From: Schmidtea nova
Lineage: Eukaryota
NCBI GenBank assembly: GCA_044892505.1
Contig: CM097884.1
Coordinates: 35,278,001-35,342,000, forward strand
Reading direction: 5' to 3'
Length of the DNA: 64,000 nucleotides
In this document: positions 10,987 to 24,135 of the stretch, one piece after another
Layout: each line of letters opens with the position of its first letter
Numbering within the stretch: the first letter of the stretch is position 1
Notes under the pieces: generated by a model
The model's database searches: none
Told to the model about the DNA's origin: nothing
Seen by the model: the letters and a program-made list of their open reading frames with translations, nothing else
Position numbers and translations under genes: made by a program

Positions 10987-13900
10987 ATGTCTAAAACAGT
11001 AAATTATTTTTTTATTGATTGTAATTTTAATTAATTTTTTAAAAAATTATATTAGATTGCAATTAAAGTTTCAACAATCGACTCTGAGTTAGAATTCTCA
11101 GTGGCTTCAAACACTACCGGCAAACAACTATTTGATCAAGTCTGTCTAATATATTAATAGAAAATAATTTTTATTTATTAATAGGTCGTCAGAACGTTAA
11201 ATATTCGTGAAATCTGGTGGTTTGGTTTGAAATTTATTGACTCAAAAGGTTTAACTTCATGGTTGAAGTTGAATCGAAAAGTAACTTCACAAGATGTGGG
11301 AAAAGTTTACCCATTGAAGCTGCAATTCTGTGTGAAATATTACCCTGAAGATGTCGGTGTTGAACTGATTCAGGAAGCAACACAACGTTTGTTTTATCTC
11401 CAAGTGCGCCAGGATATATTAAATGGTGAAATCTACTGTCCACCGGAAACCTGCGTTCTTTTGGCTTCCTATGCTTGTCAGTGCAAATATCTGGATTTCA
11501 ATGATACGCTTGTTGCTAACAAAGAAGAATTTATCTACAAGGATAGATTGTTACCGCAAAAGTTTATATTATATATTACTTTCAAACTAGTATTTATTTG
11601 TTGTTATCTCCCGACAGGATAATCGATCAACACGGAATGACAAATGAGCAATGGATTGACAAGATCGTTATGATGTATAAATCTCACAAAGATATGCTAC
11701 GGGAAGACAGCATGCTTGAATATTTGAAAATCGCCCAAGATTTAGACATGTACGGTGTAAATTATTTCGAGATAACTAATAAGAAAGGAACCGAATTATA
11801 TTTGGGTATTGACGCACTTGGATTGAATATTTATAACAAGGATAACAAGTAATGATTTTTTTAAATTGATTAAATTGTGTTTTTGATAAAAACTTAAAAT
11901 TTAAATTATACATTAATAATGGATTATTAATCAATTTGTTTATGTTGAACACTATTTTAATAATTGTTTACTTTGTGTGTCTGAGACAGATAGTTCATAT
12001 TATCATTATTAATTACATAGTTTAATAGGATTTTATTAGATATTAAATATAAGCCAGCTTTCAAAGCTTGAGGTCCATCTATAATATAATCAGTTTATTT
12101 CAGTTATTTTCCATTTTTAGTACAAGATAACAATTTTAAACTAGAGACCGTTTTTCTCTATAAGATAAACAAAATGTTAATGAAACAAAGAGCGCCCCAA
12201 AACGTCAATTAGCGTTATCCGCAATGAATGTATAACGTGTTTTTGATCGAAAACATCTTATAATTGACATAATTTCTATTAATATATCGTATTTAATAGT
12301 CAGTGTGTTTATATTGGATATTATATTGCTACTTGTTTATATTGCGAGAGGTAGTTTATATTATTATTAAATATATAATTTAAAAGCAACTTAATAAACA
12401 CTTGATCATATAACAAGTCGAAATGCTAATATATTTCAGTTATTTTCATATTTTAGGACTAAATCAATATTTTTATTGGTGGATAAATTTTGATCTAGTC
12501 TTAAAAAATAAAATATCTGAAATTGAAAAGGACAAATCAAAAATGCTAATGACCAGATTAAAAAACAATTTCAAAAATAAGATAGTATACGAAATGGCAC
12601 GTCCAATAATGATAATTATAAGCACGCTGGGGATAGCGAATCAAAGGACGCTCAAAATTATTATAAGAATAATTAAATTGAAGAAAAATGATTACATTTC
12701 CAATATCTACAGAAGCGATCTTTGAAAGGAAGTTGTCACTTTATAAAATTAAAATTATTTGTCAAGAATTAAAAAACTTCCATGTAAATTTCACATAAAA
12801 TTGGTGCATCAAATGAACAAAAAATTATTGATTTTGTTATTTTTTTGATGAGAATTTATTTCTACATTGAAAACTGTCAGAAATTTTGGGCTTATTAACA
12901 CACTTTTGCTATGGTTAGTATTTTGCTAACTTTCCCACGGAGTCGAAGCATTTTTATTGCTTGGTATTACGTAATGTTATTTAGAATGTGTTTTGGAAAA
13001 TATTGATAAAATTTTATATTTTTTACGCCAATTGGCTTACTACTTGTCGCTCCGTGATAGAAATGAATGTAGATAGAACACGCACAACTTTTCGGGTTTT
13101 CGGTACGAATTATTTTCTTAAAAATGAAAATTGACTCGAGGAAATGGAAAATAGATATTAAATAGCCATTTCTCATAATAGCGCAATCAAACACAAAATA
13201 TCACCTCCTAAAATACTGATAAAAAGAAGGAGTATTCTGAGAAACTGGAAATCATTTTTAGAATAAGAAAAATCGAATGAAACATTGATCGGCGTGGAAC
13301 GCCAATTGGCGTCATTCCTAACCAAATCGTGTTATTGATCTATCAGCCTATTTGTGAAATTATATGTCTAGTAATGTAATAGATTATTAATCAATGTGTT
13401 TATGTGGAACGTTATTTGTTTATCTTGTGTGTGCGTGTGAGAGAGATACAGTTTATATTATTATTATTATTATTAATTACATCATTATAGTTGCTAAGTT
13501 TTATTCTGCCGACAAACAACTTAAATTAATTTATTTTATTTAGATTAACTGCTAAAATTGGATTTCCATGGAGTGAAATCAGAAATGTGTCTTATTCCAA
13601 TAAAAAATTCTCAATTAAATCTACGGATAAAAATTCATCGGTAAGCTTATGTTATTAATAAAATCAATAATAGTATTTCTGTGGGAGGTTTTTAGCAGTT
13701 TTCAGTAATAAAGCGTTTAGATTTTGAGGGTGTAACACATGTGAATGTGCGAATCGTGTAGTGGGCTCAATTTAGGGCCTTTCAAGAGCATTTCGTTACC
13801 GGGATTATTCTAAATCCCCGTAGTCCCCCGAATGTTCTTTTTTTTAAAAAAAAAAGTATTTGAATATATTACGTTAAAATTTTTTTTTTTAAAATTTTTG

Positions 13901-16900
13901 AATATTGATTTTTTTAGTTTTCACATTTTTTCAAAGTGTAAATAAAAATTTTCAATTTTTCTCAACGTTAATTAGTTGAGCACATCGTGCTGCACATTCC
14001 CCCCGTTGAAAATGTTTTTGTATCACGCGCGAGGTTTTTTGCAGTTTTAGATTTTGAGGGTGTAACACATGTAAATATACAAATCGTGTAGTGGGCTTAA
14101 TTTAGGGTCTCTCAAGGGGCATTTCGTTACCGGGATTATTCTAAATTACCCTAGTTCCCCAAATGTTCTTATTTTTTAAAAAATTTTTTGAATATTGATT
14201 TTTTTAGTTTTGACATATTTTCAATGTGCAAATAAAATTTTTCAATTTTTCTCAACGTTAATTGGTTGAGCACATCGTGCTGTACATTCCCCTTTGTTGA
14301 AAATGTTTTTGTATCACGTACGAAAACACAAGAAAAAGGAAAAAAATTGAAAAATTAAGTTTGTTTTAACTTTCTTTCTATGTCTAAAGAAACTTTTTTA
14401 ATTCGGATATTCGCAAAAAATGAGCGCTGTTTCAAGACTACTTATTTCATTATCTCGTCCCATTGTCTTTAAGCTATGTTTGCTGAAGGAAAATTAAACC
14501 AAACATTAATTTGATATTTTGTTACCGGGATTATTTAAATGTTCTTTTTAAAAAAAGTATATATAGTATAGCTCTGTATGATAGTTTACATTGGCATATT
14601 AAATTATCATCATTATAGGGGACCTGGGTGTGCTGGGTCAGACCAAACCAAGGGGTAATATATAATCAATTAAGTGGAACCTCATTAACCTGTTTATAGG
14701 AATGCTAATAATATATTTTTTTTAATTCTTAAAATTAGGGCGGTTCCGAATCGCATTAAATTCCTCTGACCACGCCAATGTTATCGAATATATCTATTTA
14801 AATTGTTTAACATAATTTTTAAAAAAATCAAATAAACATTTATTTATTATTGTATGAAAATATTATGGTAAAAAATTATTTGACAGAGGCCATCAAAATA
14901 TTGAAACAAATAATTTTAACACTAATAATTAATTTATGTTATTTTATGCTCAATTAAATTATTTTTATTACAATTATTTTTTTTCTTACGATTCTTGAAT
15001 TCTGCTTTATAAGTAAAAATATTTCCAATTATTAATTATAAGTTAATATTTGAAATGGAAATATTTTTTCGTTGTAAATTATTATTTTTTTACATTTATC
15101 ATAAATAAATTTTTGCATTATTCATATTATTAAAATTTCAACATAATTAATTAATGATATTTATTATTATGAAAATATTATGGTAAAAAATTATTTGACA
15201 GGCCATCAAAATATTGAAACATATAATTTTAACACTAATAATTAATTTATGTTATTTTATGCTTAATTAAATTATTTTTATTACAATTATTTTTTTGAAT
15301 TATTCATATTATTTAAATTTCAAGATAATTAATTAATTCTATTTATTGTTGAATTCTATTTTTTCAAATATTTTATTTAATAATCTGTATTGATTTATCA
15401 CTGTAAAATGTTTTTTGAGCACACATTCGTTTTTATTTATTACGTGACTGATAAACGCATTGTAACTAATATGTATGTGATTTTCATTTAAATAATAACT
15501 TTATTAAAAATAATCTTTAATTTATTAATTTAATTTCGTTGAAAATCACTTTTTTATGTCATAATTGAATATTGATTAAAAACTAAAATATTAATTACAA
15601 TTTTGATATAAAATAAAAACACGGTAACATAAAAAATTAAGAGTGGAACTAATTGAAATCACCCAATAAATTAATCGTTTCGGTATTTAAGCGAATATTT
15701 TATAAATTAACTGACTGTACTAGCCGACTTTGTCTAGGATATTTACCATCTGTATATATTGACTAAAAATTCCACTATTTCAATGAAAAAAATTGAAAAT
15801 GCACTATCAAATTAAATCATCACAAATTTTTAATGTGATTGGTCAAATTCATTTCCACCTGTGATGATAATGGCAATATTGTGTCCTAGAAATAGTTACG
15901 GTAACAGGAATTTCAAATAAAAAAATTTGCAAATCTTACGATTCTTGAATTCTGCTTTATAAATAAAAAAATTTCCAATTATTGATTATATGTTAATATT
16001 TGAAATGGAAATGTTTTTTCGTTGAAAATTATTATTTTTTATTACATTTATCATAAATAAATTTTTGCATTATTCATATTATTTAAATTTCAACATAATT
16101 AATTAATTTTATATATTATTCAATTATATTTTTTCAAATATTTTGTTTAATAATCTGTATTGATTTATCACTGTAAAAAGTTTTTTTGAGCATACATTCG
16201 TTTTTACTTATTACGTGACTTGAAAATAATAACTTTATTAAAAATAATCAATAATTTATTTGTTTCATTTCATTGAAAGTCACTTATTTGTTATAATTGA
16301 ATATCGATTAAAAACTAAAATGTTAGTTACAATATTGATATAAAATAAAAACACGTTAACATAGAAAATCAGGAGTGTAACTAATTGAAATCACCCAAAA
16401 AATTAATCGTTTCAGTATTTTAGCGAATATGTTTATAAATTAACTAACTTTGACTAAAAATTGAAAAAGTCTTATCAAATTAAATCAATATTAAAGTGGT
16501 TGGTCAAACTCATTTCTAGGATTTTCAAATAAGAAAATCTACGCAAATTTCACGATCATAGAAAACTGACCGAATTCTGCTTTATAAGCTAAAATATCCC
16601 CAATTATCGATTATATGTTAATATTTGTAATAGAAATGTTTTTTTTGTTGAAAATAAAAAATGAATGTAAAATTTTCACACGACTTGCGATGGATTTTAA
16701 ATGGGACTCATTTCGGACAATATGACAGAAATATACATCAATTCTCCATTAATCACATTTATTGCAATTAAATTAGGGGGGAAATAAACTCCACATTTTA
16801 AATTAGATATAATATTTCATAAATCTGACCTAGAAAATTTGATATTTGATATTGATTTATGCCTCTTAATAAATTCCAAATGAAAACAAATTTATTTTTA

Positions 16901-18045
16901 ATCAACACTAATTGACCAAATATTCACTTGTGATATTTTTCTAAATAACAATTCCGATTTCAGCCAACATTTGATTCAATATCTCTAATAACTTTATTTT
17001 TACCGATTATAATTTATTTTAATATATCAAACAAGTTCAAAGTTCGAGTTTGTTTTATTTAATTTTATTTTTTACTAAGAATAATGACAAAACATTTAAT
17101 TTTCAGAATTTTGTCTTCATGACTAAACATTCTCGAATAAACAAAGCAATTTTAAACCTTTCAATGGGCAACCATGACTTGTATTTACGAAGGAGGAAAA
17201 ATGAAACAATCGAAATGCAACAAATGAGAGCACAAGCCGAAGAGGATAAAAAGGCGAAATTAGACAGCAAGTAATGATAAAAGAAACTCCCTGTCAGCTG
17301 CTGATTAATGTCCCGTCGTTTTAGAGACAAAGTCAACCAAGAAAGACTCGCTAAAGAGATTGTGGAGAAAAAACTAGCGGAATTGGAATTGATTCTCAAA
17401 GCGTCGAATGAGAAAAACGAAGAAACCCAGAAGCAACTCGAAGAGTACGAGCGTAAAATCAGAGAGCTGGAAATCTTATTGGAAGAATCCAACAAGCAGA
17501 AACAAGATCTGGAATCAATGCATGAGAAATTAGCCGCCAATAACAAAGCGTTAGAAGAAGCGCAGAAAACCGTCAGCGAAGACTACGAGAAATTGTTGCA
17601 GGAAAACGAGGCGATCCAGTCGGAAATCCATTTGAAGAATTCCGAAGTCCAACAGAGCGCAATGGAGTTATCGATTAGACAAGCGGAACTGGAGAAGCTG
17701 CGGTTGGAGCGAGAAGAGCTGGAAATCAAAGCCCGGCAATTGGAGGAGATCGCCATTGAGAAGGAGAACAATCGCGAAGAAGCTCACAATTTCGAATTGC
17801 TGGAAACCGGCGATGACCGACGAGAAGAAAACCGAACGACAACGCTTTCCGGTAACAAAGACCTTCAGGACCAATTGAAATGCTTGGCCAATGAATTGGA
17901 AGAAAGGAGACTCGAATCGAAACTCGATCAGACGGATATGATTCACAGAGAAAATCAACGCCAAGGACGGGATAAATTTCAAACTCTTCGTCAAATTCGA
18001 CAGGGTAACACTAAAAAGCGAGTCGATGAGTTCGAATCGCTTTAA
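10987..18045 (+). CDS. ERM: ERM family protein (moesin/ezrin/radixin homolog), 7 exons, 561 aa
   Basis: join(10987..10998,11056..11139,11185..11561,11618..11848,13544..13640,17107..17270,17325..18045) = 1686 nt, all GT-AG, open throughout. It contains the FERM domain ([37 protein letters not shown]), a helical region and the ERM C-terminus [26 protein letters not shown] with the regulatory Thr. Confidence 0.97.
11920..13485. repeat. Pair of ~110-bp direct repeats bounding an insert in ERM intron 4
   Basis: GATTATTAATCAAT(T/G)TGTTTATGT(T/G)GAAC...ATTAATTACAT occurs at about 11920-12025 and about 13380-13485. Confidence 0.55.
13686..14320. repeat. Tandem duplication (units of ~345 and ~290 bp) in ERM intron 5
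   Basis: GAGGTTTTT.GCAGTTTT..AGATTTTGAGGGTGTAACACATGT...GAAAATGTTTTTGTATCACG is repeated at 13686-14030 and 14031-14320. Confidence 0.9.
14830..16640. repeat. Patchwork of overlapping local duplications in ERM intron 5
   Basis: About 14835-14975 recurs at about 15165-15300. About 14976-15150 recurs at about 15935-16110, with a partial third copy at about 16570. About 15340-15720 recurs at about 16110-16450. Confidence 0.8.
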
Positions 18046-18377
18046 AAACGGCAATAACAATATAATTTTATTATTATTATTATTGTGCTTGTGACGGTCC
18101 GGCTCAATTATTATTATCGATCGACCTTGTAATGATTGCAAATTTATTGATTAACTAGGATTGTGAGTGTATGTGTGTACGTGTGTGTGTGTTTGCGCGT
18201 GGAGCGATTTTTCATGATTTTTCATTCGATTTTACTTCCGATACTTTTTTAATGTCCGTTTCAACAAATTTCTAAGTCTCTTTACAATATTACTGTTATT
18301 ATCATTATTGCCGCCTATTTCTAGTCAAAGGATTTTTTCAATAAAATATATTGTTTTTAGTAGCTGGTCTTAGCTTT

Positions 18378-19204
18378 ATGTTTTTTGGAATTATTAACAT
18401 TTTTAACTATTATGTCTATTTTTATCGGTGACAGTGATTATGTAATATATATATATATATATATTTTCTGTTGAAAATGATATAAAAAATATAAATATTT
18501 TTAACATTTGTTTTAATTTGCGGAAAAATATATTTTTGTATAAATAAACAATAAATAATAAAATAGTAAATAATTTGAAAATTGATAAAGTAAAATGGGA
18601 AAACGTTGTTAACAAAAAATTACATGAATATGATTTCAAATAAAAGATAAAAATAACAAAAGGTAACCTGACTCGAAATAACAAAAAATATATTTTAATG
18701 TTTTTTGGAATTATTAACATTTTTAACTATTATGTCTATTTTTATCGGTGACAGTGATTATGTAATATATATATATATATATATTTTCTGTTGAAAATGA
18801 TATAAAAAATATAAATATTTTTAACATTTGTTTAATTTGCGAAAAAATATATTTTTTATAATTACACAATAAATAATAAAATAGTAAATAATTTGAAAAG
18901 TATATAAATAAAAAAATAAAATATTTTTAACATTTGTTTTAATTTGCGGAAAAATATATTTTTTTATAAATAAACAATAAATAATAAAATAGTAAATAAT
19001 TTGAAAAGTGATAAAGTAAAATGGGAAAACACTGTTAACAAAAAATTACATGAATATGATTTCAAATAAAAGATAAAAATAACAAAAGTTAACCTGGCTC
19101 GAAATATCAAAAAATATATTTTAATGTTTTTTGGAATTATTAACATTTTTAACTATTATGTCTATTTTTATCGGTGACAGTGATTATGTAATACAGTGAT
19201 TATG

Positions 19205-19264
<60 letters not shown>

Positions 19265-20150
19265 ATAAATAAACAATAAATAATAAAATAGTAAATAATT
19301 TGAAAAGTGATAAAGTAAAATGGGAAAACATTGTTAACAAAAAATTACATGAATATGATTTCAAATAAAAGATAAAAATAACAAAAGGTAACCTGACTCC
19401 AAATATCAAAAATTATATTTTAAAGTCATTTGACGATAAAAAAACAAATTTCGGTGATAGTGATTATATTATACAATTATATATTTTTGTAGAAATGATA
19501 TTAAATTTATATATTTTCGACATTTGTTTTAATTTGCAAAAGAATATATTTTTGTTTAAATACACAATAAATAATAAAATTGATTTGAGGATTTGAGGGC
19601 ACAAAATAGTAAATAATTTGAAAAGTGATAAAGTAAAATGGGAAAACGTTAACAAAAAATTACATGAATATGATTTCAAATAAAAGTTCAAAATAACAAA
19701 AGGTCGTGTAATGTTGATAATCTGACTTGAAATGTCAAAAAAAGATATTTAAAGTAACTATTGACAATAAAAACGGAACAAATATAGGTGATAGTGAATA
19801 TGTAATACAATCATATATATTTTTCTGTAGAAAATGATTTAAAAATATAAATATTTGTTTTAATTTCCAAAAGAAATTTTTTGTTTAAATATACAATAAA
19901 TAACATTTAGAAATTGAATTGATAACACAAGATTGAGGATTTGAGTGCACTTAAAATTGTAAATTATTTGAATAGTAATAACTTGAGACCAGATTTTAAA
20001 GTAAAATGGAAAAATGTTGTTAGTAAAAATCACGTGAACATAATTTAAAATTTAAACTAAAAGTAAAAAAGGTCGTGCAATGTTTATAATTCGATTTGAA
20101 ATGTTAAAAAAGATATTTTAAATTCACTTCTGTAGATATAAACAGAACAA
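18378..20150. repeat. ~320-bp tandem array (about 5 units) with an internal (TA)n
   Basis: The unit start ATGTTTTTTGGAATTATTAACATTTTTAAC occurs at 18378, 18698 and 19124. Two more diverged units follow. (TA)n is expanded at about 19207-19260. Confidence 0.9.
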
Positions 20151-22213
20151 ATATATACATGTCTTTAATAATTAATTTAACGCGTCGGAAACATCGTCAA
20201 CAGTATCGTCGTATTATACACTTAATTTCTAAAAAATAGGCGTTTTTGTGGATGGAAATTTTAATTACTTAACAGCTTCTTGAATAGATATTCACTTTTG
20301 AATGATCAAACATTGTTCTCTGTTACATTTCATCTCTTTTTGTTGTTATTTTGATATTTGAAAAAAATTGAAATATTAATAATAAATAGCATTACTCGAT
20401 ATAATATTTTGACCTCTTAACACCGAACACTGCAAATTTGTGACGTACATTTTCACTTATATGCACATCAGAAAAATATATTTTCCAGCCATCGGCTGAA
20501 GTAGTATATTTAGTACATTCCTATCTTAAAACATAACCATTACATATATTTGTTATATGTTTTTATGGAAAAAAAATCTTTTATTAATTAATTAAAAATT
20601 AAAATTAATTAATTCAGATGTTAAGAGGTTAACTTAGCATTTTTAAAAATTTTTTTAGATTTTAACACAACAAATAAATCGCATTGAAATAAAACAGTTA
20701 AAAGGCTTAAAGTATTTTAATGAAGGGAAATTTAAATACAAACGGTTTTGTTAAATTCACTGCGTCAAATAAAATCCGTATCCCCTGTTTTAAGTGGACA
20801 ATAAAATTTTAGAAATCAATCCAATTTACACAATTAAAATTGACGTATGTTACACTTTTGCCAGATTAATTCATCATTTTCAGTTCTTGAAAATCCGGGA
20901 TTTAGTAATAATAATTTTATGTTTATATTTTTTATATCACGATTTAACATTCACGACCCTAAACGGAGTACATTTGATTCCTTAAACTTTTGTTATTAAA
21001 ACCATTTTTGGTGTTGATCGTAAGCGGTTCCTATGTAATCTTTCGCGATAGTGGAAATATTCAAGTTTAATTCAACAAATCAGAAATATATAATGATAAA
21101 ATGGAATTTTATTTTATAGACTATCAAAATTTAGGGTTGATTTGTATTCAATCTTGGTTTTTGATTCAATTTTCGAGCTTCCGGTACTCAACAGTTAATA
21201 TTCATTTAAAAGTATTGTTACCATTCAAATTATATAATAAAATGTATATTGATTAATCAATCAAAATTATTTAAAACTCTTACAGTTGTTCCATTCCACA
21301 AAAATTTTAAAAAAGCGAAAGATTTAAACGTTTAATTATTTTGAAATGAAACAATAGTTAATTGCACCCAAAATGCCACTGTAACCTTGCAATATAAATA
21401 TTTGTGTCGAAAGTGTTAATTTTTCATTAAAAGTTGAAATATTATGTTTGTTTACATTTCCAATATTCAAACGTGACATAATGCACGTTAATTCCGAGGA
21501 AGCTGTGATAAAGTCAATGTTGCTCTAAGGAAAAGTAAACCGATATTTGATGCAATAACTGATATTCTTGTGCGCATGGTGTTGAATCATTCCTTCTGCT
21601 CGTAAAAAAGGTATCTCGTTTCTTCGTTTGAAGTGCATGATTCGAACTATTTATTTGAAATTTTTGAAATCAACAAATTGAAATAAAATATGCAAGCTAG
21701 ATTTAACAGCATGCTGTCATAATTTTAATATTGGACACTTGCTTTTAAAATGATCAAAGAATGAAGACACATACGTTCTCGGTCAATGACCAATTTTTGA
21801 AACAAATTCAAAACAACTTTTTACATAGTTTTGTTAATTAGCGAAACGTGAGAAAACCAGAGATAGAAAAAGTCACCTAAAATGATTTATGGATTGTATA
21901 AAATATTTGTTTAAAAAAATGAAGTAAATTGATCATTCTCCATATATATTAGAAGAAGGAATATTGATATGGATCAAAACTCTGTGCAATGTACTTAGTT
22001 AATTAGAATGACCATAAAGTTGGACATTCTAATTAATTACTACTTATATGTTATTGCAATTTTTTATAAATATTTATTTATGGCTTTTTGTTTAAAATGG
22101 AAAGTAGTTAATGTACAACTATTCAATAAAGATTCAAAGACAACAAAAAATAAATTGATTAAAAACTTGAATTTATTCTGTTGGTTTGGTGTGGACATCT
22201 ATGTTCTCTACCC

Positions 22214-23130
22214 AGTGACCTAGGGGATGGATGCGACTCACACCTCACCATAAAAACGTATCTACTCCACTCGTACACCCATGCGCATTCACCTGATAAC
22301 CATGTTGGAAGTGTGTACGATGGCGAGAGGCTAGGGAAGAGGCTAGCCCCTTCGCAAAGACTACTCTGCACTTTACTCTCTTCATCGGATTCTAGCGGCC
22401 GTTAGAATGTCTTACGTCTTTGTCATTTTAGTTATTTGTATTAACACCCTGGGTTTCCCGGTGTTTAATTAATTCCTGATGAGTGCAAACTTTACTTAGT
22501 TATTTTATTAATTATACCCTTATTGTCTCTTATGTTAATTGACGCTCAATTCAACAAAATTCTGGGAGAAAATACATTTATTAAGTATCACAATCCTCTG
22601 TCTCAGACGTACAACGGGAGGACCTCCACCAATAATTTCAGATCGTTCATCTCGTTCAGGCGATCAACTTGCTTCTCCAGCTGTTGGTCCCACAGTTTTT
22701 TTGGCGCTGTTGTTTATCTTCAATCCGTTTGCGTTTATGTGATATTGTTTGAGGCACCGGATTCCTTCTGGAGTATTTCGTCCGTACCGGTTCCCACGGA
22801 ACAAGGGGTCGTCGCACTATCTGTCCATCGCTGTAAGGTGAGAGGTCTAATGAATGCCCGTAACTCGGTCTCGACAAATGACCAGGTGACCGAGTGAAGA
22901 CATTTCCGCAATTCTATTTTGGTTGCGTCAAGCTCGAGCTGCAATTCTGCCGTAGTCCTATTGGCTCGGGCCATGCTCATGATTTGTGCCTTCATTTGTT
23001 CCAGAGTGAACGAGCTCCGCCTGAATTGCTAATTTGGGCTCTCAATTCTCCTATCTCCCCTTCAGCTCTCACTAGAATCTTTGTGATTCTTTTTCTGCTT
23101 CACAGTTCATTTGGCTCGATGGCATGCTAG
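22214..23130 (-). other. GC-richer segment of unknown origin, possibly a decayed retroelement ORF1/gag
   Basis: Sharp rise in GC relative to the flanks and short overlapping ORFs with coiled-coil-like (AELQLELDATKIELRK) and basic (HKRKRIEDK) stretches. No diagnostic motif recognised. Confidence 0.3.
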
Positions 23131-23659
23131 AAAATATTTTATTATTAATTTAAATCTCCAATTGTATAGCTTTGTTAATAATGAAGGCTGATAAATGTCC
23201 TCGTCCCTTTCTAATGATTAAAACCTAAGTTCGACTTATCAATAAAATGAAACGAGTTGTCACACAATACATTTATTTGATTTATTATATCAGTCAATGC
23301 TCAGCGTGGAGTTCTACGCAAACACTCGCCGTATTTGCAGTATCTCTGCAATAGGCTTTTCACATAGGGCGGTAGTGGAAAATAGTCCCATCTTCCGCTT
23401 TTGGCTCTCTTGGAGTAGTCAAGTGGAAAAGACCAATGTCAATCAGAGTTTTTGAAATTTCGATTGGGGTCGCGGTTTCTTATCCTTGGTGTTGGGCAAA
23501 AACTGAGATTTGTTTAAATGGCGTGGTAATACAACAGGTAGCAAGCGCGCAAGAAGTAGATTTGGAATTCTGTGGGCCAAAAGACCAAGTACAACCCAGT
23601 AGCAGCAGAACACATAAAATAATCGATCAAAACACGTTAAAAAATTGAAACAAACAAGA

Positions 23660-23900
23660 GCGCATTGAGTGTTTACTTGAAAAACACATGTATAACGTCA
23701 GAACATCAATTGTGTAATGATATGACACATTAGGAAAAATTAACATCTTTTCGGGAGGAAACTTTCAAATTTTAGTGCAGAAATTCAAAAAATACGAAAG
23801 AAAATTGTTTTGGTTAGAAATTGTGATAAACTAATTAAATTGGGAAAAACTGTGATTTAGAAATGAAACTTTAGATCCAAAATGAATTATTTAGAGTTTA
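23660..23900 (+). mobile_element. Possible Helitron PIF1-helicase remnant
   Basis: LGKINIFSGGNFQILV at about 23730-23775 resembles FGGK..L.GGDFRQILP, and is preceded by ERIECLLEK. Confidence 0.35.
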
Positions 23901-24049
23901 TTTAAAATTTTATGCAGGAATTTTGCGTAGAATTATTGAAATTAATTTTCAAGAATCGGAAAAATCCTTCTAGAACAATTTGTTTTAATACATCAACGAA
24001 AATAACAATTTGAGCAACTATATATACCGCCATAAAAATGGATTTCATC

Positions 24050-24135
24050 AGAATTTGCGAGAATTTTTTCGGAATTTTCAGAATTTGCCAGAATTTTGCA
24101 GAATTTGCTCAGAATTTTCCGGAATTTTGTTGCTA
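24050..24135. repeat. ~10-bp minisatellite (AGAATTT(T)GC-like)
   Basis: About eight degenerate GAATTT(T) units in tandem. Confidence 0.7.

Noticed and set aside
14589-14780. hAT-like MITE (CATTGGC...GCCAATG)
   Set aside because: The terminal match is only 7-9 bp and the 8-bp flanks do not match.
10987-18045. Merlin/NF2 rather than ERM
   Set aside because: The C-terminus has the ERM actin-binding tail with the regulatory Thr motif and there is no merlin N-terminal extension.
17103-18141. Minus-strand ORFs overlapping the ERM exons, and similar shadows over Gag, the 5968 ORF and the transposases
   Set aside because: These are antisense shadows of biased coding sequence.
18403-19691. Four similar hydrophobic minus-strand ORFs
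   Set aside because: They are translations of the AT-rich 320-bp tandem repeat and have no coding features.
22476-22500. CTGATGAG as another hammerhead core
   Set aside because: No stem II followed by GAAA.
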